A stretch of DNA of 64,000 nucleotides from Owenia fusiformis (taxonomy: Eukaryota): contig CAIIXF020000001.1 of the NCBI GenBank assembly GCA_903813345.2, positions 47,926,001 through 47,990,000 of the forward strand. Direction: 5' to 3'. Every line of letters begins with the position of its first letter. Position 1 is the stretch's first letter. Of the stretch, positions 12,601 to 24,600 are shown piece after piece. Below the pieces are notes generated by a model, which was not told the DNA's origin, ran no database searches, and saw only the letters and a program-made list of their open reading frames with translations. The translations under genes and the position numbers were made by a program.

Positions 12601-15600
12601 TCCAAAATTGGTAGCATTTTGTGTCACCCTGTATATAGTCAGGCAGATGTCAATGTGAGGCAAAGTGTTCACATTTTATGAAATGCAAGTTGAAATATGC
12701 AATTGTGTGGACTTGTAACTCAAATTACAAAATGTTTTACTCTTTGGGGAAATATGTGACTGTTCGAGCAGTTATTGTAGTTTTGATTTATGGTCAGAAT
12801 TTATTGGCATATGAAAAGTAGAAAACATTGGCTTTAATTTAGGATACAGAATAGGCTATATACAGGATGTCTCAAAATGGATAGATTTATGCAGTATTCA
12901 CGAAATGCACAAAATTCATGAATATTGTCCCAATATTATCTGCTGGCACTAGCTGTGTACGACTTATAAGCAGGACTGTGTTATTTTTCGAATGTAGGGA
13001 AACACTCGTCTTAATTTATATGCAGAAATTCCTACTCATTCCTCATTCAAAATCGACCCTGCCACTATAATAATTTTCATATTCTGCTACTGTTTGGAAA
13101 CTTTACAAAACCTCCCGTTTCCTTGCATTGGAGTTCAATGCATCTAGCAAAAACATTGAGACTTACTGAGTAACAAAAACAGCCAATATTCTACATGTTT
13201 CAGAAGCAGAACTAAATGGGCTATCAATCATTGGTGCCTGGTCCATAGAAAGATGGCAGTGGATGATTTGTCCATATACGAATATACAGGGTGGTCAAAA
13301 AAAATTGGAACATTTGTTAATTGAACACAAAACCTTTATTTTTCCTCTAAAATACACCAAAATTATCTCTCTGATGTAAAGTTTATAGGTGCAAACCACA
13401 AAGTTAATGCATTAAACTAGTCAATGTTTGATATGACCCCCTTTTCTTAAATATACACTTGTCAATTTCGCAGCAACTTTTTCAAGTATTCTTTATTTCA
13501 AAGCTTTAATGAACATGTTGATTGCTATACACATTATATAAAATCATATTTAGTTGACATGAGGTATTAACATCTTTGGTTTACTGGAAAACTAATGTAT
13601 TATTGTCAACTTAAGCATGCCCCAAATCATTATTTTTATTTAAGAGTAGGAAAGAAAGAACATGTCAGAGGTGAGTGATTGCATAACCCATACAGCTACT
13701 AAACTGACAAAAATCATTGTTTCCACTTTTCAGTAGAGGGGAAACTGACTAGTTATTTACAAGGCTTTAATAAAGACCACCTCTAAGCATACGTAACATA
13801 TCATTTGTGTTCTGGGAAACTCCTTTATGATATTGATATACATATATTGATATGTTCAATGAATATTATTCATATTAGAACAAGAAAGGGGAGGGGGTTT
13901 ATTTACCAGTCAAAATAGACTGCCCTGGCCTCTTTCTGGAGAATATTCAATCAGTATAATATATCCAACAATAGTCATCAAAATATGCTTGATACCCATC
14001 AATTTGGGTAAAAAAAATGTTGAATATGTTCATATATTTGATCTTCCAAGGCAAACATATAAGTAGTTTGTTCAAGCTGAATTTCTAATCAAGATGGCTT
14101 GGACAAAATCAAACGAACAGCAAAGTGAATGAATCATTTAAAACTGAGTCCGAGGCTTCAACTTGTAATTCAGGAGAAGGGGGGTCATATCAAACATTCT
14201 CTAGTTTAATGCATTAACTTTGTTGTTTGCACCTATAAACTTTACATCAGATAAATAAGTGATTGAACAATGCTCAGTAAAATTATGGTGCATTTTAGAG
14301 AAAAAATAACGATTTTGAGTTCAATTATCAAATGTTCCAATTTTTTTTGGACCACCCTGTATAAGCACAAATGCCAAAGGGAAGGGTGACTAAAAACTTT
14401 AAAGAAACCCAACAAGAAAAGCAAACTGTAAGTGTAAATCTGTCATAAGAAAAGTAGACCCTATATATCCCAAAACCATAATCTAACGTGAAAAGAAACA
14501 ATGTCTAACATCCCCCTCCCCCTCCAATCGAGAACCAATATCACAATCCAGGACCAGAACACCAAGGGACATTCCATTCATACTGAAGTCATTACAATAC
14601 ATGTTGAAGAAAAATTGAAAAAATTGATAGTTGTAGTTGTAGATACTAGTACTCATAAAAGATGTGGGATAGATAAAATCCAGTCTCGAAGTCCATAGGC
14701 AATTCAAAGGGTCAACATCCGTTCGAAAAGCCGTCATCATAATCCGAAAAACACAACAATTCACAATGGTCATTAGGAGAAAACTATGGCTGGTTTCGAT
14801 CCCTATTTCTCAACCATTAATGCCATAGCCGGCGTCCACCTCAAAAGGTGCCAAGTGAAAAAATTGTGAGTTCATTGCCAATTTAATTATGCCATTCCTA
14901 CATCCTTCAGCATCTCAAGTGGTAAAACTTGAAATTTCGAAATTAATGACTTGTACTTTTCAGCAAAGCCCAGAAAGTATTTCTTAAGTTTTTTACAAGT
15001 ATAACCTTGACCTAACAGCTTGATCACTAAAATATGGTGTCTTAATTTGAAATCTAGATATTTTGAACATGCCCTGCTATATCTAATAAGCTGGGATACA
15101 TAAACCCCATATGCTGGGTAAAGTGGAATATTGCTATCCAAATGTGGAAAGTTAACTATGTCAATATTAAAGTCATCTCTTTTGTCATATAATTTACAAT
15201 ATATACTTTTGTCTGGTTCAATGTTAATAAGAAGATCAAGATAAGGTGCACTCATATCAGATTCATTAGTTTTTTTCAATTCTAGCTCAGTAGGATATAT
15301 CTCACCTACAAAGTCTTTAAATTTTGTGTTGTCTAAACTCAACAAGTCATCAATATATCGATCTGTCTTCTTAAATAACTTTGCAATATGAAATTTACTT
15401 TTATCTTTCATTGTCCTTTGTAAAAACGTATACTCATATGAGAATAGAAAAAGATCTGCTAAAAGAGGAGCACAATCTGTACCCATTGGTATACCCACAT
15501 TCTGACGTAAAACTGTACTTCCAAACAAATATAAGGAGGATTGGCTCCCAGGATTGACCCTCGATATTTTCCAATAATGAAAACGTCGAAATGTCGTTAT

Positions 15601-18600
15601 TTCCTCAAATTAAAACCCACTAAAAATTCAAAATAACAGTTCAAAAGATTCGAACCATTATCTCGATCATTTATTGTGAATTTTGGTATTTTTTCGTCAG
15701 GAATTAAGACCAAAATTCAAGATTCAAATTCTGAAGTGAACAAAATGTCGGCTGTTTGAATTCGAATTTTGTATCATAACATGCCCATATATGGAACAGA
15801 ATATCGATCTTGCACTCTGGCAGTCCTCCTTGAGATGTACATGTATACACGTTTGTCTATATACGTTGCCATCTTTCTAACACATGGCGTAATAGTGGTA
15901 AATCAGGATCTTAAGAGGTTCTGGACAAATCATTTGATTCTGGACTTGTCATATTTTTTTTTCAACGAAATCACATCCAAGGGTTGAATTTTTATTAGCT
16001 ATTTAGAGAGTGAGTCCTGCCTAGTATTAATTTCAATAAAAAAAAGTTAAAATAGAACCCTATTTGAGAGTCAATCTAATACTTACATTACATTGATAAA
16101 TTAAGGCAAATCCTGAAATATCTTCAAAGTGCGTTTTTAATGAAATATTATCCAGCAAGTATTTAAATGAAACGGTCTTATTTATTTTAATACAAATCAT
16201 AACATGATATTTTTCATGAAACATTTTTCAATGAAATTCAATTGAAGGGTCAAGATAAAACGAGCTAATTTAGGTGAAAACCCTTACATGATGATGTGTT
16301 TTCATAACTTCTTTCATAAAATTCCATCAAGGGGTAAAGATAAAATGATCGAATTTAAGTGATTTAAGGATCACGAGAATATGTTTTCTTTGATATTTTC
16401 TATGAAATCCCATCCAATGGTCAAGGTAAAATTTTGATTTTGATTTTGATTTGGTCACGTGTTCGAAAGATCCATATAAGGCCCATAGAACCATATAGGA
16501 ACGTCATTTTGAATGTCACGTGATAGATCCATATAAGGCTTTTAGAACCATTTATGGAAAGATGAGGGGAAGCCCCTGACACCTGTTTCACGATTTTTAT
16601 GCACTTCATTATTGTACCGAAGTTTGCCGATTCGATTCGTCGTATTTCGGAATCCTGGTGACAATTTTATACTCCATTGGAGTATTTTTGACCTACTTCT
16701 TATGACGGAAATTCCCGAACCTTGTTCGGATTAATCCGGATTTTCTGACCTACCTTATCTACCGAGGTTTCACGAGTTAACATTCGTCTCATTCCGGAAT
16801 CCTGGTGACAATTTTATACTCCATTGGAGTATTTTTGATCTACTTTTTCTGGATTTTGCCCTACTTATTATATCTTGACAACAAGCAAATCAAAAAGTTC
16901 GACATGAACGGGTCTCGATCAACTAACCTAGACTATGGAAGCCAGGCACGCTAACCATTAGGCCAACGAGCTACCGATATGAAAGAACAAAAGTATTATA
17001 TATTTATACCGAGTGTCAATTCAAAATGATCCCCACTTTTGTCTCCACTTAAATACGACTCGTCAGTTGTATCCAGAATAGTAGAACGCCTATGGCGCTA
17101 GTGAATAACCAAGTCCCAGGTGAGTGGTTCGTATCCCTCCGTGATATACTATTTTTGTTTTATTAAATACGACAGAAAGGAGCAAGGTGTAGGTTGAAAA
17201 CAAGACGTTAGTTTGTTTCAAAACAGTTTGGAAACATTAATCTCTGGAACATTATTTTTTCAACACTGATACAAATTTCCCTGACATTTCCCTGACATGT
17301 CTACCGTTTCAAAATTCCCGGTCATCTTTGGCCCTTTTGACCTAATTTTAAAATTACCTGACATTTCCAGCACTTGGAAAATCAAGTCAATTTCCCTGAC
17401 ATTTCCAGGTGTGTACGAACCCTGGAAATATCCCACTGGCTCGCCCTATGAATCGCTAGCACAGATTGGATTGATTAGTGTTTCAAAATGGTGGACGAAG
17501 TGTTTGATTAGATAATTTACATATTAAGCTTCTTAAAGGGGCAACAAGGCCTGTACATAGAAAATTCGAAATTTTTTACATTTTCTGAATTTTTAGGGCA
17601 ACATTTGGCTTTAACATCTTTTTTTATACATTTTTTCTTAAAATGTATGGATAAACAATAAAATTTCAGCATTAAGCAGTGCAAATTCAGTTCAAAGCTT
17701 CTATAAACGGAGTCCAACTTATAGATTTTGAAAATCCGACTCGTTTAAAGAAGAATATCAGCAGCTTAAATCACGCCTTGTGATCATACAAAATGGATGG
17801 AGGGGGGGTAGGCGATTTCTGCAAGAAAACTCAACAAATTTGGAAGATTTATTTTTTTCAAGATAAAATTTACAACTGAATTGCCAAATGAATAGGCGCA
17901 GTGCATGGCAAAATATGTAAGGTCTTCTAGTATTTTTTGAACTGATACGCTTCTAAGATATGAGATCTATTATAAAAGGCGCATCATCATCATCATCATC
18001 AACGTGCAAAAGTCAATGTTTTTGCTATAAATCAGGCAACAATGGTCTACACGACCTGTAATAAATAGGTATGAGGGGCGTTATTAGAGAATTTTCGTTA
18101 TAAGTTTTTTAAAAACTTATACGTATACTTATACTTATAAACCCAATAAACAAGGTGTTTCATAATTTTCTAATTCGTCGGGAAATATCTCCTAGGACTG
18201 TAATAAAAAGGGCCAATGGCATACCATCCGTACCCCCTTGATGTAAAGCATGTTTAGTTGTGTCATATGTGTTTTCTAGAATCAAATAGGCTGATATAGC
18301 ACACGGGTTTTACAGATTTATCTACTCTCAAATATATTTTTTGTAGATGATCGTTTTGAATCACCTTGTAGAAATAACGAAGGGAGAATTAGTTCAGCTA
18401 ATGAATGAGTCGAGCTATTTGATTGGATACTATGCCTATTCAGCCGATTAATTTTAATAAGCCATTCTGGTCAGTAGGTCCACACATATACTATGCGGAG
18501 ATCCAACTCTGTAAGTTTATAATCTGCGTATAAAGGCCCTTTTATACGTAAAAACTTAAAAATTGACCTTATAATTTCATGAGAACTTTGAAATGATCGA

Positions 18601-21600
18601 CTCGTTCGTGTAGTGATTCACTTTAAAGGGTCTTGTTTATCGTACACTACAAGGACCCGTCAACTAGAATTTAGTTTATCGTATTCATAATTGACACTAG
18701 CAAAGGACATTGTATTCGCAGTCCCTAGTTGATGATGAAGCTTGACTATATCGGGAATAGTAATGCCCCACTTGGTACAGATTATGAAAATCAATTTGAA
18801 TTGATTTTAGTTCGACAAGACCCTTTAAACTATAAGTATACGTATAAGTTTTTGAAACAACTTATAACGAAAATTCTCTATTATCACAACACTGACATTG
18901 CTCCCTTTTTAAAGTTGTTTCAAAGCGTTATATGTAAATGGGCGTGTGGAAGGCCCGTGGGTGGCAATAAAATAACTCGAACTTCAAATTAAAATATATA
19001 TAAAATAGTATATTTCAAACTTCAATGTTTAAAATACAATGCTCTGTAATGTACAACATGAACTCTTACAGCAACTACTGACAAGCCAACACCCAATGCA
19101 AACTCAGCTACATGTGAGTGAGAAAGACCATATAGGGGAACAATAGATATATAAAACTGACACAGTTTGCATAGTTGAATAACTCAAGGTGAAAAGTGAA
19201 CATGGTATTAAAAGAGTAAAACTGCAAACAACCTACTTAGGGACCTGTTATATTGAGATGAATAGGTATTGATTAATATGAACAGTAATAATATAAAATG
19301 TGAAAATGACCATGTTACATATACAAAAAATAACCCCATTGTTACAAAATCACAAAAAGTGAAATATCTATTCTTGTATTGCATTTTCTTTCACTAGACA
19401 TTTTTTGATTTGCATTGCTATTAGATACATTTTAAGGGTGATATGAAAATTGAACCACGAAAACAGATGTACTTTAAGTTAAAGGGAACTTTCTACCATA
19501 CCCGCCATGCTATCTGACCCGAACGAGCCACCTTGTGGTGAGATTGGTAACTACCTGCTCGCATCTGCGTTATTACGCAGAGACATAAACGTATACACAA
19601 GGAAACGATAGGAGATAATTATAGGATATCCTATGATTTTGAGGAATATCATTTTTATCTACGAGGTGATATTGATATCTGCACGAGAGAGCGAAGCGAA
19701 GGAGTGCATATATCAATATCACCGAGTAGATTAAAATGATATTCTGAAAAAAATCATAGGATGTTCTTATTATCCTACACTTACAAGGTGTGTACTGAAT
19801 GTATGATATCATTGTAAAATTAATTTCATGCCTAATAGAGTCAATTTGGCGGAAATCAACAAGCGGAGTATATCGTCACAATATCCTCCGCATATTGGGT
19901 TTTCTGGAGTATATCGTCACGATATCCTCCGCCCGGAGTATATCGTAACGATATCCTCCGGATGTTCATTTTGCCAATAAATATCAAATTTATTTTTTCA
20001 TGTTATTATACATTTAGTACACTAAGTGTAGGATAACCTATTTTATCTCTGTATACATTTTAACTTTAATACATCGTTGAATCGAATTTGTCCAAAGGTC
20101 TTGAAACGTAAAATACCTAAATATTTATCTTAGACCTTGGGATGACCTTGTACAAGAAACATTAATGTTGACCTCGGTTCATCTAATCATAATTCGCCAA
20201 GGGCCATAGTATCATCAAACGCCAAATACCTAGACATTGATCGTTTACTTGGATTTAAATAAGGAGTATGATTTTAAAATTGGCTAGGTCGTGGTTAAGC
20301 AACAATAGTATGTTCGAAATACCGCTATGTAATGCCTGGATCACATTTGCTGCGAGTATTTTGTTCAAAATTGAATACATTTCTGAACACAATACTCAAT
20401 CGGCTCAAATACTCAATAATCAATTTAAACCTTGACTGTTCTCCAGAAAGCAATAAGCTGACATATATCATATTTTACATTTTAATACAACTGAAAAGAT
20501 AATAAATGTTTTAATATAAAGTTGACGTAGTTATAAATGTTTTCAGCGTAAAATCAAAGCACAACCATATAATTAAAAACATTACGCTGTGATTCCAACT
20601 GGATACAACTGACGAGTTGTATTTAGGTGGCCTAAAGTGCTGCTTATTTTTTCGTGAAGCCACTCAGTAAAATTACGATTTCTCTCAACCCTGATGTTCA
20701 ATCAACATCATTCGAGTATCTATATGTTCCTGACACGTTCGGGCATCCGGTTATGACAACGTCTACCCAATGTTTGCACGAGAAATTTACGTAATTCATG
20801 ACTGAAATCGGGAAGACAAAAATATGTGATATTCTTTCAGAATTGTTTATAATAACTATTTACAAAAACGTTCCCGAGACACAATCCATTTAGGTAGGGT
20901 TTGTTTTAAAGTCGAAAAGCCCCAATAAGACAATACAAACCCAGATTAAACCCAGAAGAATGCAGATTTCATGTAATGATTTACGTTCATGTAAACAAGG
21001 AAAGTACATATAATCCCCATATAAAACACTGGCCTACGTGACATGTAAACACAGGTTCAAATTGAAATATAGAAAATTTTCAACATAGCATTTGCTTCTG
21101 TGTTCTGTATGCCCCTCTACCTGCTAATAAGGCAATGTATCTTCAAATAAAACCTTAGCCAAGTAGATAAGGGTCTCTGGAACACTTTTGTAAATAGTTT
21201 TCACAAGCAATTTTATTCCCGGACGCCCAAACGTGTCAGGAACACATATATATTTGAATGATCTTGATTGGACATCAGGTTGCAGAGAAATCGTATTTTT
21301 ACTGAGTGGATTATTGAATTTCATAGATCTAGAGGCCCTTCAGGAGTGGAAAACCTTAAATTATCAGAGATTAATGTTTCCAAACTGTTTTGAAACAAAC
21401 TAACGTCTTGTTTTCAACCTACACCTTGCTCCTTTCTGTCGTATTTAATAAAACAAAAATAGTATATCACGGAGGGATACGAACCACTCACATGAGACTT
21501 GGTTATTCACTAGCGCCATAGGCGTTCTACTATTCTGGATACAACTGACGAGTCGTATTTAAGTGGAGACAAAAGTGAGGATCATTTTGAATTGACGCTC

Positions 21601-24600
21601 GGTATAAATATATAATACTTTTGTTCTTTCATATCGGTAGCTCGTTGGCCTAATGGTTAGCGTGCCTGGCTTCCATAGTCTAGGTTAGTTGATCGAGACC
21701 CGTTCATGTCGAACTTTTTGATTTGCTTGTTGTCAAGATATAATAAGTAGGGCAAAATCCAGAAAAAGTAGATCAAAAATACTCCAATGGAGTATAAAAT
21801 TGTCACCAGGATTCCGGAATGAGACGAATGTTAACTCGTGAAATCTCGGTAGATAAGGTAGGTCAGAAAATCCGGATTAATCCGAACAAGGTTCGGGAAT
21901 TTCCGTCATAAGAAGTAGGTCAAAAATACTCCAATGGAGTATAAAATTGTCACCAGGATTCCGAAATACGACGAATCGAATCGGCAAACTTCGGTACAAT
22001 AATGAAGTGCATAAAAATCGTGAAACAGGTGTCAGGGGCTTCCCCTCATCTTTCCATAAATGGTTCTAAAAGCCTTATATGGATCTATCACGTGACATTC
22101 AAAATGACGTTCCTATATGGTTCTATGGGCCTTATATGGATGTTTCGAACACGTGACCAAATCAAAATCAAAATCAAAATCAAAATTTTACCTTGACCAT
22201 TGGATGGGATTTCATAGAAAATATCAAAGAAAACATATTCTCGTGATCCTTAAATCACTTAAATTCGATCATTTTATCTTCACCCCTTGATGGAATTTTA
22301 TGAAAGAAGTTATGAAAACACATCATCATGTAAGGGTTTTCACCTAAATTAGCTCGTTTTATCTTGACCCTTCAATTGAATTTCATTGAAAAATGTTTCA
22401 TGAAAAATATCATGTTATGATTTGTATTTAAATAAGACCGTTTCATTTAAATACTTGCTGGATAATATTTCATAAAAAATGCACTTTAAAAATATTTCAG
22501 GATTTGCCTTAATTTATCAATGTAATGTAAGTATTAGATTGACTCTCAAATAGGGTTCTATTTTAACTTTTTTATTGAAATTAATACTAGGCAGGACTCA
22601 CTCTCTAAATAGCTAATAAAAATTCAACCCTTGGATGTGATTTCGTTGAAAAAAAAATATGTCAAGTCCAGAATCAAATGATTTGTCCAGAACCTCTTAA
22701 GATCCTGTTGTAAGCATTTGTTGTCCTTATTCCCAGGTGCAGGGTAGCAGCAATTATACAAACTGTGACAATGATTCCCTTGGACAATATTTTATTTTAC
22801 ATCGGTGTCTATGGTTTCAATATATCAAATTCAAGTCGTACCTGGCATGCATCTATACCACCATCTTCATAGCCTGCACATATCATCTTTTGCTGGTGAA
22901 TCAGTTCGACTTCTTTCTTGTGTGGAGGAGCATGTAGTTTCTGACATGTTTCATGATCAACGAGGACCTGTTTTCCCTGTCTCAGATTCTCCACAAGGAC
23001 GTTCCCTCCTTAATTAATAGTGAGATTGAGATAAGGTCACCACAAATGCATCATTTGTTAAATCAATAATTATTATGCTATTTAACATTTAGATTAAAGT
23101 TAACATCCTAAAATGGTACGCGTTTCAATATGAGTAACACGTTTTTGGCTTTAAATCATTGGTGTATGAATATGTATTATGTCCCATCACGTGCATATAC
23201 TGTACAGTGTACTTACCACTTTGAGAGAGCGGTTTTGAATATCCCCACCCCGTTACGTAACATTCTCGTGGATTTGTTGTATTTTGTTCCACCTTTGGAA
23301 GACATATAGGTCTCACGTAATCACCGAGTACCAAGGGTGTCTTTAACTTCAGCAAGCACACATCATCAGTCCCGAGTTCTTTGTCCCAACCTGGGTGTAC
23401 TATCATCTTCTCAACGCCTACTAACTGAGCGTTGGGATCGGGTTGTTGTCTATGGGTAGTCCCCGCTCTTATGGAAAGGATGTTGGGGTCAGTTATTGGA
23501 GTCAACCCACCGGTCCTGAAAACCAAGCACTAGTAGTATCACCAATATTCTCATATTTTACACTTTTGAACAATTTGTAATCATATCTCTAGACCTTAAT
23601 GTTGTTTTCAACATTTGTGCTTTTTGACAATAAATCATGCTGTTGAGCTTACTTATCAATACAATGAGCTGCGGTGACTACCCAGTTCTCGTTGAGGACA
23701 CTGCCTCCGCAGTCATGCATGCTCCACCCTCTCAGTGAGATCTGCCAGGGCCAAGCCCCAGTGGCGGCTATATCGCCACCAACGACAAACGGCAGGAAGT
23801 AGCTCAACTTTGGAGATCTAGTACCGCAGATTCCTATAATGCAATTTGCAACCACGGTATATCAAAGCTCAAAGCCCGAAGAATTATTAACTTGAGTCGA
23901 TTCCTTCACTAGTTCAGTGTTACCGATCACTCAACATATGTTGTCTTGTCTTAGGGCTGCCCACTAGATTGTGAGTGTATCAGCAAATCACACCATACAA
24001 CAACTATGTGGTGCCTATATCTATTATATAGAAAAATTTGGTTCTCAGTTTTGATCATTAAAAAATACACATCGGTGCAATAATTATGGTTGAATAATTT
24101 GTATAAATATTAACCTTTATCTTCGCATTCGATTACAAGTGCCTGTGTGCAACCGGGTCTGCAATAAAAACATGACACAAAATAAATCCATTTGAATTAC
24201 TTTTTGTTTCTTTGTTCGAGTTCGAAGGTTTTGTGAATTTGTGGAGTGATACATTATTCGTATTTGTTGTTTCAGTGATGATACAATGTCCAATGGGCAC
24301 AATTGTAACATCTGATAATAAGCATGGAAATATAGAGTCGATATAGCTAAGTAATAATCAAATAGTTGAAGGCTGTATTTCAAATGTTCCCCTTTGTAGC
24401 ATCTTAACATGGTGGGTATTTCATAAGTATATCTAAATGTTCTCTGTCAACGGAGTTTAACGTTTGGTCACATTACTATAAAAGTATTACATGAAACAAT
24501 TCTGATTTGACACTACTTATACCTCGACGAAGGGATGAGATAGTGATGCTTTGGTGTTGAGGTCAGTATGACCAGATCAGTAGTCCTTGGAACACTAATA

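Noticed and set aside
14690..14780. SECIS element in the PLE 3' UTR
   Set aside because: AUGA-AA-GA spacings and helix II do not fit the canonical pattern, and the ORF fragment has no in-frame UGA.
14765..14865. Canonical HDV-like or hammerhead ribozyme
   Set aside because: P3/L3/P1.1 cannot be built on either strand, and CUAAUGA lies after rather than before GAAAC. It is kept only as an unknown structure.
16421..16609. Duplicated 62/64-aa ORF (also 22002-22196) as a small gene pair
   Set aside because: It is explained by the inverted duplication, runs through a (gatttt)n microsatellite and has no domain features.
21640..21719. Functional tRNA-Gly(TCC)
   Set aside because: The acceptor and T stems do not pair and the anticodon loop is oversized.
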